From a virus (taxonomy: Duplodnaviria > Caudoviricetes): a stretch of 26,260 nt of DNA. The notes beneath the pieces are model-generated. The model was not told the origin of the DNA, did not search any database, and saw only the letters and a list, made by a program, of their open reading frames with translations. Both the position numbers and the translations under genes were made by a program. The stretch is from the IMG/VR virus record IMGVR_UViG_3300037311_000450, positions 1 to 26,260 of that record. One strand, given 5' to 3'. Of this stretch, positions 17,501-24,991 are shown in pieces. Position 1 is the stretch's first letter; each line of letters opens with the position of its first letter.

Positions 17501-17892
17501 CGGGACGGCTGGTGGGGCAGGTGTCGCGGTTGGCGCAGGCGGGGCTAGACCCCGAGGTGGAGGCCAAGATGCGGGACGTGCCGATACTGGGCAAGTTGTA
17601 TGGCGTGGACGACGAGCGGTGGTTGGCGGGCAAGTATTGGGAAGCGATGAACGCGGCGGATGCGATGGCCATGGAATACAAGGCGAACCCCGACCCCAAA
17701 GCAAGAGCGGAGTTGCAGCCTTGGGAGCCGCTGATGTCGATGGCACCGAGGGCGCAATACTTTTTTAGCTTGGCGAAGCGCGAAGGCAACGAGAAGGAAT
17801 TGCAGCGGGTGCAAAAACGCTTGGTGACGGAATACCAGACGATTTTGAAGCAGCAACGCAACAGTGGTGGGTATGTGCCGGACGTGGATTGA
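11557..17892 (+). CDS. Large polyvalent-type virion/ejection protein (ddrB-like ParB domain, HExxH zincin-like domain, C-terminal LPD38-like domain)
   Basis: 2111 aa. ParB-like WRVVEA..NQARDR..GAPVV..IVGGNGRVAAI (~12790-13240); G.Y...ITI...TGVHELLH..SEFWA (~14550-14890); LPD38-like DKISPYVRERNVVL..YVKIPLPY..N.NAFGGKIVP (~16960-17610). Located at the end of the ejection-gene block. Confidence 0.8.
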   Translation: MDFDFASAKEVADDFDFASAKPVEPTKPTNERIPLAGLAQVLRLAQPEPAPAYPNRMPAMPRERQRVTDAPAKVPGLLSTFWNSAKAGASQATTGLPMVYGGVVDGLAKGARLVGADGAAAALQEHADDSFDLTTGLVRSTQDLQAEAALDDSVGGKIASVLGGLTTGLPAFIYTAGQAPVLGRDAQLIADGVDAGTVGKYHAIASPLSALMLKAPMALPVPSLAARMATGAMLNAGIIGPTMRAAENAALGDEYPEQHQPLFSPETTTTEALIGGGFAKFAPKSRPEFVDSLQLPNWMRRKASDPLPETTSAPDTVVAPERTEEWNNAPGDILPAAPQPPRPAPAPAPRRAPPPAEVQQGGRATAENAPLNLADMPDSVPVQRAAEADFSAVQGLVGQRTRITDPTGAKHEPEWRVVEAESLATRINEDVNQARDRNRAASQVQIDSIARALDYDLLNSAPTMNDGAPVVAQGGEIVGGNGRVAAIKKAYGLGLADNYRESLLADAASKGIDPASLGSFKQPVLVRVLPEGSNVREMALLSNEGGSLQMSAREQAKVDGERLGDIQGLKITDNGDLYNADNLPFFRRLVQQTPIAQRGGLTDAEGNISNEGRGRLRNAVLHRAYGDTDVLTQIIESPEPDSRNLVNALVRAAPRFAGLKQGMAKGDVYNADIVPDLLVAVNEYGKMLDKGLKVREYLAQMDAFNQLRPETQQLLQYIASNVRSAKKLWVLLDEYANVLEAYGNPKQADAFGDVPQPTPADVLTYAKQRVSQQAQPAPTNRTAAESRDGADPRGAEAGAKPADGGNFDGADLGAGDARDAGRVAPPDDVFFSRSENDRDYQDYADQPWLDGRTAQPKELTPEQLAEVRYKLRTPDDVWEDLFPAFDRPTQSQLKTLVDKVLADVTNGKIKTEEAVSKIAGMMQVAKANTRHQRELKADRDNVRGADFVREKLFNARRTDKLANPEIIDFTLWLIDKNPALANDLGLSIRNSTRADGNNDGNYSPGERLITIFRDARNIDTGVHELLHHTERMLPDAIQAGIDKLHLQRMFDGIEQARRDGRYDRVAALDTLLKMQMSPNKERRAFYESAVRSKALTGADYQFFNSSEFWAVNGTSLLKARWSAQNAGWLAKARNWLLELREKAKSVLGLDSNNAVIKGLDFLNEADGRYQPRQGSIASRSSLKEGIEPLYSFSDNLREFGDDMRSAGEHLGDAWKNRSILKTKPKFEVDEKGRPVLLPETTRDWWQRKYQDRFNRAQRAQDAVEATGQTVRDEADMRGMETLFYGKTADRIEREVTRFVEPLKQDLRDSKVSVEDLSTFMNFRHTPERNAQIAKFYGLAIRPNGTIGLDGLRPELSFVAKGINKSNRDAESYLAALDPALREKYEPLAERVYDILKRKQSIQQNFGLLDQKVIDAQNAAYKYYVPMKAFDPTEPVAKGKSSGFDVRGPENKRAYFWGSERFNSVAQAVADLNGAVARASKAEVGRSVLQFSLDHPDVRLSNGRKLMEVIEPSDQKLWKWQEDPITKKQVFALDPMWAKDAVMVKHGGKETALKINDRVLLSQIRRMGEADMPKWLQTVGTGTRAMAALNTSLSPDFWLTNFIRDLQSAGINNLADGSPVSTRAIVADAGRAMKGVFLREALGRDGGEWQRWYDDYKANGGQTGFYGLQNPDVILRDIRGDLERLGDGLGDRTYRGAQRVGDLVQAVNASFENALRLAAYKNAVQAGLTRHKAAKMAKEITVNFNKRGEAGAVLNSLYMFFNAAVQGNVRSVGAVMKSRTAQVVMANLMLLGAATGLMNSMWGTDETGVRHVDKISPYVRERNVVLMFAPDQYVKIPLPYVFNSAYVLGDRMVSAQQTGEWGNNMAAVVKSLAGAIDPFGVLQSTSGEGSRSVVAGLAPSVLDPVAQLAMNENAFGGKIVPQHLLDERGRPDSQKFNGKTWPWLKDAAERVNALSGGNEWREGEVDLSPAAVQHIVESYSGGTGRLVGQVSRLAQAGLDPEVEAKMRDVPILGKLYGVDDERWLAGKYWEAMNAADAMAMEYKANPDPKARAELQPWEPLMSMAPRAQYFFSLAKREGNEKELQRVQKRLVTEYQTILKQQRNSGGYVPDVD

Positions 17893-17969
17893 CCGGCGCT
17901 TCGAGTGAGATTTTGGGTGAGATTTGGGAGGTGGGTGTGACGGGTGTGAACGGGGTGGAAAGTTTGGGC

Positions 17970-19850
17970 GTGCGCAAGTTTGCGGGGTATCCGCCCTTGT
18001 ATGTGCCTGAGACCGATTTTTCGGCGGCGGCGACTTTTGACAAGGCGGCTTTAGACCCCGAATTTGATGCGCTGGCGTTGGTGCTGGCGCACGTGCGGGC
18101 GTTTTTGGCGGCGGTTTTTAGGGACGATTGTGCCTTGCGCGCCAACACGGTGACGCTGAATACGCTGGAGAAGGGCTTGCGGGCGTTGATCGAACGCGGC
18201 CCGCGCACGACCACTGACCAGACCGTGGGTGGCGTGGGGGTGGTGTTGCCCAGCCCGACCAACAACGTGGGTTTGTTTGCTTTTGTGGGCGGACTGGAAA
18301 CCCTGTTTTATTGGAGCGACGGGGTGCAGTGGCATTTGCTGGGCACCTTGACCAGCGCGGGCTTTAAGGCGGCGGTGGGGGGGCAGGATTTGAGCCAGCC
18401 CAACGGGGCGGGGCAAGTTGGCACGACCAACAACTCCACGGTGCAGGCCGAGCTTGACCGTTTGAGCGCAGACGCTTGGACGGTGGGCGACACCAAGATG
18501 ACCAAGAACACCAGCGGCCAGCGCGGTTGGGCAGAGCGCGATGGTAAGTGCGTACAGGCCAGCCATTACCCACTTTTGGCGGCGGCCTTTGATGCAGGGT
18601 TGTTGCCGACGGCCACCGAAAGCCAGTGGTTTGCACCCGACCCCAACAGCCGACGGGCGGCGTTTAGCAGTTTTATCGAAGACGGGGTGCGGTGGATTCG
18701 CTTGCCCGATGACCGCACGACCAACGTGGCGCTGATGCGCGGGTTGGTGTTTTTGTATCCGCCGCATTTGGAACCCGAAACCTTGCCGGTGAGCAAGCCG
18801 CAAGGTGAGGTGGGCGGTGGCGAAGGCGGCAGTGCGCCGCCGACCGTGACGGTGAGGCAAGACAACGGTGGCGTGCATCAAGCTGACACGCGTGATGCGC
18901 CACAGCGTTTGTTAAGCGTGGCTTACGCGCAAGTGACGGTGGGCACCCCCCCGTATGTTTTGAGTTTGAGCCGCACGGGTGGCAGTAACGAGCTGATGCA
19001 CCAAAACTATGCGCCGACTTTAGAGCAAAGCGGGGACGAAGCCGAGCTGACGTTTGAGAGCAGCGCACCGGCACAGAGCAATGTGGACAAAGTGGCGCAA
19101 TACCGTTTGATTGTGACCGATGCCGGCAACGCAACTACGGTGGTGGATTTTTCGGTCACGCATCAATACACAACCGCGACCAGTGGCACAGACAAGCGTC
19201 CGAATGCCTTTGTGTTTAATCGGCAGGATGGGGTGGCAGAGAACACGGTGGCTACCAGCAACGAGGTGATCATTACTGGCATCAACACGGCGACCGACCT
19301 GAGCTTTACCAGCATCGGCGGCGGGGAGTGGACGGTGAATGAGAGCAACGGTGGTGGGGTGTGGACGAACGCGGCTACGGGAACTATCCAGCCGTATGAC
19401 CGTTTGAAACTGCGTCACAACGTGGGCGCGAACGGGAGCACACGCACGAGCACCGTGGTGGTGGGTGGCGTGGGAGCCAGTTTTGTGACCACGGCCAGCG
19501 TCGATGGCAGTGGCGGCGGCGGCAACCTAAACCCGATGTTTGAGATTCCGCCCCGCACTGACACCCCGCGCAGCACGTTGATCACCAGTGTGGCGTTTAC
19601 CGTGACCAACATTCCGGCGGGTGAAACCCGAGCGATTGCAATTACGCAAAATGGTTTTTCTGAAAAATATCGCATCAACAATGGGCCGTTTGTTTCTGTG
19701 CCCAGCACTGTGAGCAACGGCGATGCAGTGCAAGTGCAGCACGTGACCAGCGGGGTGTTTGACGATGTGCGCCGGACAACGGTGACGATTGGCAACACCA
19801 GCCGCGATTTTGTGACGACCAACGTGGCACGACCGGAAGGCAATCAATGA
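17970..19850 (+). CDS. Tail fibre/appendage protein 1 (anchor, tail-collar-like region, Ig-like beta-sandwich repeats)
   Basis: GTG 17970 preferred over TTG 17889 because it aligns with the start of the paralog at 19847. Collar-like VGD..GWAERDG..YPLL..RLPD (18477-18716); two Thr/Val-rich repeats at the C-terminus. Confidence 0.72.
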   Translation: MRKFAGYPPLYVPETDFSAAATFDKAALDPEFDALALVLAHVRAFLAAVFRDDCALRANTVTLNTLEKGLRALIERGPRTTTDQTVGGVGVVLPSPTNNVGLFAFVGGLETLFYWSDGVQWHLLGTLTSAGFKAAVGGQDLSQPNGAGQVGTTNNSTVQAELDRLSADAWTVGDTKMTKNTSGQRGWAERDGKCVQASHYPLLAAAFDAGLLPTATESQWFAPDPNSRRAAFSSFIEDGVRWIRLPDDRTTNVALMRGLVFLYPPHLEPETLPVSKPQGEVGGGEGGSAPPTVTVRQDNGGVHQADTRDAPQRLLSVAYAQVTVGTPPYVLSLSRTGGSNELMHQNYAPTLEQSGDEAELTFESSAPAQSNVDKVAQYRLIVTDAGNATTVVDFSVTHQYTTATSGTDKRPNAFVFNRQDGVAENTVATSNEVIITGINTATDLSFTSIGGGEWTVNESNGGGVWTNAATGTIQPYDRLKLRHNVGANGSTRTSTVVVGGVGASFVTTASVDGSGGGGNLNPMFEIPPRTDTPRSTLITSVAFTVTNIPAGETRAIAITQNGFSEKYRINNGPFVSVPSTVSNGDAVQVQHVTSGVFDDVRRTTVTIGNTSRDFVTTNVARPEGNQ

Positions 19851-20740
19851 GCGATCCGCACGGGTATCCGCCAGTGTTTAAGCCCAGCACCGATTTTGCG
19901 TCTGTGCCGGTGTTTCAGAAGTCGGCGTTGGACGTGGAGTTTTTAGGCTTGGCTGTGACGTTGCGGCACATACGGGCGTTGTTGATGGCGGTGGTGCGCG
20001 ACGACTGGGGTTTGCGTGATGGCTTGGTAACGTTGCGGGTGTTGGCTGAAGAGGTGCGCTTGGGCATGGGCGACCCGACCGCCTTGCTGGCGGCGACAGA
20101 TGCCGCCGAGGGTGCGGCGGCCAGCGCAAATCAGAAAGCACATGAAGCCGAAGTGTCGGCGTTGTCGGCGGCGGCCAGTGCTGACAGTGCGGCGGCTTCA
20201 GCAGCGCAGAATGATCAGGCCATTCAGGATTTGGATGATCGCGTCACGGCTTTGGAGCAGACCAGCGGCGGGGGTGCAATCAATCCTGACGACTATGTAA
20301 CCAAAGACGATCTAAAAAACAGCAATGAGACGTTCAATAAAGGCGCAGGGTTGGTTGGTTACAACGACACGCTGACTTACGACCCGGGCACGATTGGCTT
20401 TAGAGTTGGGAAGCTAAGCGAAGCGGTAGGATTTTCGGCCAAAAACACGGTGAGAGTGGTGGTCGCTAGCGGCAATTATGTTGTGAATAGCGAAGATGCT
20501 TACGACACCCTGATTATTGCCAACGGTGCAATCGTGGTGTTGCCGCATTTGCCTGATTTGCCAATGGGTGTTGCGGTGGCTTTTGCTAGAAACGCGAGCG
20601 GCAGTAGTCAGTTTTCCACCGGTTCAAACGTTAGCTTATCAGGAAAGCGCCAAAAATTAGAATCGGCGGCCAGTGTTATCAAGCTGACTGGACTGGGTGT
20701 AGTGCCAACGGTTTGGCAAGTGTTGGGAGATTTGACATGA
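19847..20740 (+). CDS. Tail fibre protein 2 (paralogous anchor, Ala-rich coiled coil)
   Basis: N-terminus homologous to the previous gene; SAAASA/LDDRVTALE coiled coil; KGAGLVGY..Y..GTIG fibre motif; C-terminal beta domain ending WQVLGDLT. Confidence 0.72.
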   Translation: MSDPHGYPPVFKPSTDFASVPVFQKSALDVEFLGLAVTLRHIRALLMAVVRDDWGLRDGLVTLRVLAEEVRLGMGDPTALLAATDAAEGAAASANQKAHEAEVSALSAAASADSAAASAAQNDQAIQDLDDRVTALEQTSGGGAINPDDYVTKDDLKNSNETFNKGAGLVGYNDTLTYDPGTIGFRVGKLSEAVGFSAKNTVRVVVASGNYVVNSEDAYDTLIIANGAIVVLPHLPDLPMGVAVAFARNASGSSQFSTGSNVSLSGKRQKLESAASVIKLTGLGVVPTVWQVLGDLT

Positions 20741-21465
20741 GGCCGATACCGATCAACTTGGGAGCCTTGGTGATGTTGGCAACGGCACCCCCAGAGCCAA
20801 CCCCGACGCTGACGTACACGACCAGCCCCGACCCGTTGATGCAGACGTTGAATTACGACACAGCACCCGCTGAACCAAGCCCGCATGAGGGCCGGTTGTT
20901 TTCGACCATTACTGCAACTAATGGTGTGGGTGATTATTTAATGGATATTTACGAAGCGGACGGCGTTACCTTCGTATTTACATTTGCCTTCCCTGAAGGC
21001 GAAAACACGTTTAATTTTTTTAGCCGTGCCTTTGCTAATCAAAATGAGACCAAAACAGTGGGAGTGGATTTGCGTTTGCAAATTCGTGATAGCACGGGGG
21101 CTGTTAGCCCTAAGATTGTTTTGACCGATACGTTTAACTTTGCGCCGGTTGAAGATGCCAGCCCTGATGCTTTTGACTTTGAACGTCAGGATGATGTGCC
21201 AGCCAACAGTATTCGCACCAGTAACACGATCACGCCGACCGGCTATACCACTGCACCTATAAGTGTGATTGGCCGCGAGGCGCAGTATGCAATTAACGGG
21301 GGCGCATTTACTGGTGCGGCTGGAACCATTAGCGCAGGCCAAACCTTGCAGGTGCGGTTTAGAACTGAAGGTGGGAATAGCACAATTAGTTCGATGACTG
21401 TGACCATTGGAAACACGACGGGTATTTTTGAAACCCAAAACATTGACAATTCGGGAGGCCAATAA
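20737..21465 (+). CDS. Tail-associated protein with Ig-like beta-sandwich repeat
   Basis: ATG 20737 (ATGA overlap, RBS ggaga). The C-terminal domain PDAFDF.RQDDV..TSN.IT.TG..Y.INGG is homologous to the repeats in fibre 1. Confidence 0.7.
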   Translation: MRPIPINLGALVMLATAPPEPTPTLTYTTSPDPLMQTLNYDTAPAEPSPHEGRLFSTITATNGVGDYLMDIYEADGVTFVFTFAFPEGENTFNFFSRAFANQNETKTVGVDLRLQIRDSTGAVSPKIVLTDTFNFAPVEDASPDAFDFERQDDVPANSIRTSNTITPTGYTTAPISVIGREAQYAINGGAFTGAAGTISAGQTLQVRFRTEGGNSTISSMTVTIGNTTGIFETQNIDNSGGQ

Positions 21466-21797
21466 TGGCAACAGATTTAACCCAAGTGACGGCCAACAGT
21501 GAGACATATTTGCGCCATGATTTTAACGCGCCCAGTCAAACCAGCGGGACTTTTGGTATTGCTAAATCGTTTGAGTTGCGATTTGTGGGCACGGCCAGTT
21601 CAGGCGGTATTGAGGTGTGGGAAAAACGTCTGGGTGAATTGGATTTTAAGCTGGCAGCGACTTATTCGACGGTGTTGCGCGGTTTGGCGTTTGTCGATTT
21701 GGTGCAAAGCGATTGTGAAATTGTTTATCAGTTGCGCAGCAATGCCGCTTTTGCGGGCAATGTCGAAGCGGCCTTTTATGGGCGGGTGGTGGCATGA
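21465..21797 (+). CDS. Hypothetical beta-rich protein in the tail module
   Basis: RBS ggagg; TAATG and ATGA coupling on the two sides; 110 aa. Confidence 0.7.
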   Translation: MATDLTQVTANSETYLRHDFNAPSQTSGTFGIAKSFELRFVGTASSGGIEVWEKRLGELDFKLAATYSTVLRGLAFVDLVQSDCEIVYQLRSNAAFAGNVEAAFYGRVVA

Positions 21798-23227
21798 GCG
21801 CGAATAAGTATGGCAACCCAAAATATGCGGGTAGCGATGAGGCGGCGCTGTTAGTAACAGGCGGTGGGCAGCAAATGCCGATGACCGACCGTGCAGGCTT
21901 TGCAGCAGGAACCGATAACACTCTGCAAAAGCAGCAAACCAACGACATGAACTTGGGTTCTGCAACCCAATCAAAATCAGGTTCGGCTAACTTCGGCAGC
22001 GGCTACGGATTTTTCCTTGGAGGTTTGTCCTCTGGCGCATTGCGTTCTCGCATTCGTAATTTTCACTTGAGTGAGGCGGCTGGCGGGGCAGGGACGCATC
22101 ACGTTAGTGATTTTGATGTTTTGGTGGGTGCAAATCGGCGCACTGATTTTGTTTTAACCGGCAATTTCAGTGCTGCGGAGTTAGATACTCTGACGGGTGC
22201 TGGAGATGTCACTGGTAGAGAGTTTGTTAGCTTAACCGGAAAGCCAGACCCGTGCGTTCTTCAACTTGAGTTTAATACTCTAACGTCGCGCGGATTCAAT
22301 TCGACCATTGCGGCATTCTTGGTTCCCCATAGTGTTATTACTCCAAATACAAACATCCAAGTAGAGTATAAAAATACTTCCGGAGTTTGGGTAAGCCTCG
22401 GCACTCAGACTGGAAGCAGCGAAGAAATCCAACAACTAGGTTGGACTATTGGCGCAGCTTTTTCTGGCCTGCGGTGGACGTTTTCCAATTTTAGCAACGC
22501 CGGCTTTCTGCGCCGTATTTATGCAACCGCGAACGTGCAAGTTCGCGGCGCACAATTCATGCAAAAGTTGGGAGGCATACGTTACGGCAGCCAAGCTTTT
22601 GATGGAAAAGCCGGAGTAGATAAACTTGATTCTTTCAGGACTGGCGGCATTCTCAATTGGGGCGACGGGCAATTAGGTTCTAATCGCAACCGCGCACTTC
22701 GCCGCTTTTCAGAAATCAACGGTAGCCTGATTGATACGCCTTGGGAAGTGCAGCACAGTGATGGAACCGTGCTTTACAATGCGCGCCAAATCAAAACTAC
22801 CGCTAATACTCGCGTAGTGCGAGAGCAAGTTTTAAATACCAACGGGCCGAACTTGCAAGCCACGACAGGCGCTGGAAATACAATTCCAGTGCGGATGCGG
22901 GGTTTTCGATTCAATGAAAACGTGGGCTGCTCTTTCAACGCTGAAGTTTCCCTTGCCTTAATTGGAACTGGCCAAGCGCGCATTACCAATTTGCCCTTCA
23001 CAGCCGCTGAACAAACCTTTGTGCCTTTGGGAACTTCCCGAGTCAATTTAGGCAATGGCGTTAATCCGACTTTCCGAGTGTTTGGCCAGATTGACGCAGG
23101 CAGTAACGTGATGTTGCTTTTCCGCGATGCCGCTGACGGAAGTGCCCCAACCGCTTTGGACATTTCTGTATTCGTTGTCGGCTCTCGTCTTTTTGGGCGT
23201 ATCGACTACACCACCACCCTGATTTAA
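21794..23227 (+). CDS. Putative receptor-binding/tail fibre protein
   Basis: 477 aa, Gly/Ser/Thr/Asn-rich beta protein; C-terminal ITNLPFTA motif common in fibre tips; visibly lower GC and different codon usage. Confidence 0.6.
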   Translation: MSANKYGNPKYAGSDEAALLVTGGGQQMPMTDRAGFAAGTDNTLQKQQTNDMNLGSATQSKSGSANFGSGYGFFLGGLSSGALRSRIRNFHLSEAAGGAGTHHVSDFDVLVGANRRTDFVLTGNFSAAELDTLTGAGDVTGREFVSLTGKPDPCVLQLEFNTLTSRGFNSTIAAFLVPHSVITPNTNIQVEYKNTSGVWVSLGTQTGSSEEIQQLGWTIGAAFSGLRWTFSNFSNAGFLRRIYATANVQVRGAQFMQKLGGIRYGSQAFDGKAGVDKLDSFRTGGILNWGDGQLGSNRNRALRRFSEINGSLIDTPWEVQHSDGTVLYNARQIKTTANTRVVREQVLNTNGPNLQATTGAGNTIPVRMRGFRFNENVGCSFNAEVSLALIGTGQARITNLPFTAAEQTFVPLGTSRVNLGNGVNPTFRVFGQIDAGSNVMLLFRDAADGSAPTALDISVFVVGSRLFGRIDYTTTLI

Positions 23228-23249
23228 TTCCCAGTTTTTGGAGACTTCC

Positions 23250-23651
23250 ATGCTCACTACTTACATCGAAACACAAAGAACTCTGTTGCACCTTGCGTTA
23301 TCCCCAATCCAAAGCCACATTCTTTTCGGTGTGGATTATCAGGCTTCTGGTCACGAAGTTGTTACCAAGGAGCCTTACCAAGATGCCCCAATCCATTTAG
23401 ATTTCTTCCCGCAAGCCCGCGATGAAGTTCCGGATTTGGAATTGTATTGCGGCGAAGCCTTGGGCACAAAAAAGCTGGTGGATTTGGTAGAGCCTTTCAT
23501 TAGGAATCTGCCAGCAACTAAGCCAAAGCCGATTGTGGAATTGCCGCAAGCCCCAGTGTCTTTGCCTGCGCCTTTGAATCAAATCCCTGAAGCGGTTCCG
23601 GCGGTTGCCGTGCCCAATAAACCGGTATCTGGGGCGAAGGTGCAGTTGTAA
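23250..23651 (+). CDS. Hypothetical protein (possible fibre chaperone)
   Basis: RBS ggaga before ATG 23250; follows the putative RBP; Pro-rich C-terminus. Function inferred from position only. Confidence 0.6.
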   Translation: MLTTYIETQRTLLHLALSPIQSHILFGVDYQASGHEVVTKEPYQDAPIHLDFFPQARDEVPDLELYCGEALGTKKLVDLVEPFIRNLPATKPKPIVELPQAPVSLPAPLNQIPEAVPAVAVPNKPVSGAKVQL

Positions 23652-23654
23652 TCA

Positions 23655-24002
23655 ATGGAACTGTTAGACGCGATCAATGTAGGTGAGCGAGTGGCGGCAA
23701 GTGAGTCGCCGACGTTAGTTTTTTCCTTGGCCTGCTTGGCAATTTGCGGCACTTTTTTGTGGGGGTCGTTGCGCCGTCAGCGTAAGTGGGTTGAAAAACG
23801 CTTGGGTGAGTGCGAGCAGAAGCACAACGTATGCATGAAACAAGGGCAACGACGCACGAGTTTGTTGTTGCAGGTTTTAGCCATAGCGCAAGTTTTGGCA
23901 AGCGGAATTGACCCAACCAACGCGGCGCAGTTGGGGGGTATTCGAGCCAAAGTGGAAGAACTGTTGGACGAAGAAGAGACGCACGCCCGTAGCACGAATT
24001 GA
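23655..24002 (+). CDS. Putative holin
   Basis: Hydrophobic segment LVFSLACLAICGTFLWG followed by basic RRQRK; small gene directly upstream of the endolysin. Confidence 0.5.
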   Translation: MELLDAINVGERVAASESPTLVFSLACLAICGTFLWGSLRRQRKWVEKRLGECEQKHNVCMKQGQRRTSLLLQVLAIAQVLASGIDPTNAAQLGGIRAKVEELLDEEETHARSTN

Positions 24003-24019
24003 GTTTTTTGGAGTAATAA

Positions 24020-24505
24020 ATGAGAGAACCCCAGTGGCTGACCGAAGCCCGCAAATACATCGGCCAACAAGAGATTAAAGGCACTAAGCACAACCCGATC
24101 ATTTTGCGTTGGTGGACGGCCATTCGTGCGCCGTTCACCGACGATGAAACGCCGTGGTGCGCGGGGTTTGTGGGGGGGTGCTTAGAAGCCACGGGTATTC
24201 GTTCCAGCCGCAGCGCCGCCGCGCGTAGCTACCTGAAATGGGGCGTTGCTTGTACTGCCCAAGTGGGCGCGGTAGTGGTGTTCGAGCGCGGCGCGGGCTT
24301 TGGGCACGTTGGCTTCATCGTTGGCCAAGACCGCGCCGGTAATTTGATGGTGTTGGGCGGCAACCAAGGCGATGCCGTGAACATCAAGCCGTTCGCGGCG
24401 GCGCGGGTGTTGGGCTACCGCTGGCCGGAAGGCGCGGGATTTCCCCCGCCGGTGGGCTTGCCGGTGCTGAACTCCGATGGCCGTGTGTCGGCTAACGAGG
24501 CGTGA
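24020..24505 (+). CDS. Endolysin, TIGR02594-family NlpC/P60-like (CHAP-like) peptidase
   Basis: DDETPWCAGFV (catalytic Cys), SAAARSY, GHVGF (His) and VLGGNQGDAV motifs; RBS ggag. Confidence 0.88.
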   Translation: MREPQWLTEARKYIGQQEIKGTKHNPIILRWWTAIRAPFTDDETPWCAGFVGGCLEATGIRSSRSAAARSYLKWGVACTAQVGAVVVFERGAGFGHVGFIVGQDRAGNLMVLGGNQGDAVNIKPFAAARVLGYRWPEGAGFPPPVGLPVLNSDGRVSANEA

Positions 24506-24930
24506 TGATCGCCGCGCTTTTAACCCGCGCCTTGGCCTACGCCTTGGCGCTGGAAACGCTTGTTTTAGTGGGGGTGTGGTATGTGTATGTCCCAATTGCA
24601 AACGCTAACGCTGTGGCCTTGGCGCTGGCTGAAAATGCCACAGCTATCGAGCGGGCAGCAGCGCGCCGCGCCGACAGTGCGGTTGCTGTGCTGGTGGCGG
24701 CAAGCCGTGACGCTTCTACTGTTCAGCGCGTGCGCGAGCGGGTGCGCACTCTTTGCCAGCCCGCAAGGTTGCCCACGGCCACCGGCGGCGCTGCTGACCC
24801 CGCCGCCGAAACTGCGCACGATGACGCTGAGTTTGCCGATGCCGTCGAAGAAGACCTTGCTACCTGCCAAGCCGAGCTTGCCCGATTCAGCGCGCTTCAA
24901 GCGTGGCACGATGACGAAGCCGTAAAGTGA
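24505..24930 (+). CDS. Inner-membrane spanin (Rz-like)
   Basis: N-terminal transmembrane segment, Ala-rich periplasmic coiled coil, two Cys, and a C-terminal ..LQAW motif; TGATG overlap with the endolysin. Confidence 0.72.
   Translation: MIAALLTRALAYALALETLVLVGVWYVYVPIANANAVALALAENATAIERAAARRADSAVAVLVAASRDASTVQRVRERVRTLCQPARLPTATGGAADPAAETAHDDAEFADAVEEDLATCQAELARFSALQAWHDDEAVK
24677..24925 (+). CDS. Outer-membrane spanin lipoprotein (Rz1-like), embedded in +1 frame
   Basis: VRLLCWWRQAVTLLLFSAC/ASGC lipobox-like signal followed by Pro-rich CPRPPAALLTPPPKL. Start uncertain (GTG 24677 or ATG 24635). Confidence 0.7.
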   Translation: MRLLCWWRQAVTLLLFSACASGCALFASPQGCPRPPAALLTPPPKLRTMTLSLPMPSKKTLLPAKPSLPDSARFKRGTMTKP

Positions 24931-24934
24931 TTTT

Positions 24935-24951
24935 TTACCCTTGGATTACCC
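24935..24951 (+). repeat. Direct repeat TTACCC x2, candidate integrase arm-type sites
   Basis: TTACCC at 24935-24940 and 24946-24951 (11-bp period), ~40 bp inside the att core. Confidence 0.5.
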
Positions 24952-24962
24952 CAGTTTTTACA

Positions 24963-24975
24963 TAACTGATTGTTT
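24963..24975. promoter_or_regulatory. IHF-like binding site next to the att core
   Basis: TAACTGATTGTTT versus the reverse IHF consensus YAANNNNTTGATW (one mismatch). Confidence 0.45.
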
Positions 24976-24991
24976 TGTATGAGGTTTTTTG

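Noticed and set aside
9075-17892. Virion lytic transglycosylase/lysozyme domain in the ejection proteins
   Set aside because: No convincing ES..GLMQ or other muralytic motif seen by eye; absence cannot be proven without profile searches.
17970-23651. Diversity-generating retroelement or invertible tail fibre cassette
   Set aside because: No reverse transcriptase or invertase, no near-identical TR/VR pair differing at adenines, and no inverted fibre segments seen; the repeats are diverged at the protein level.
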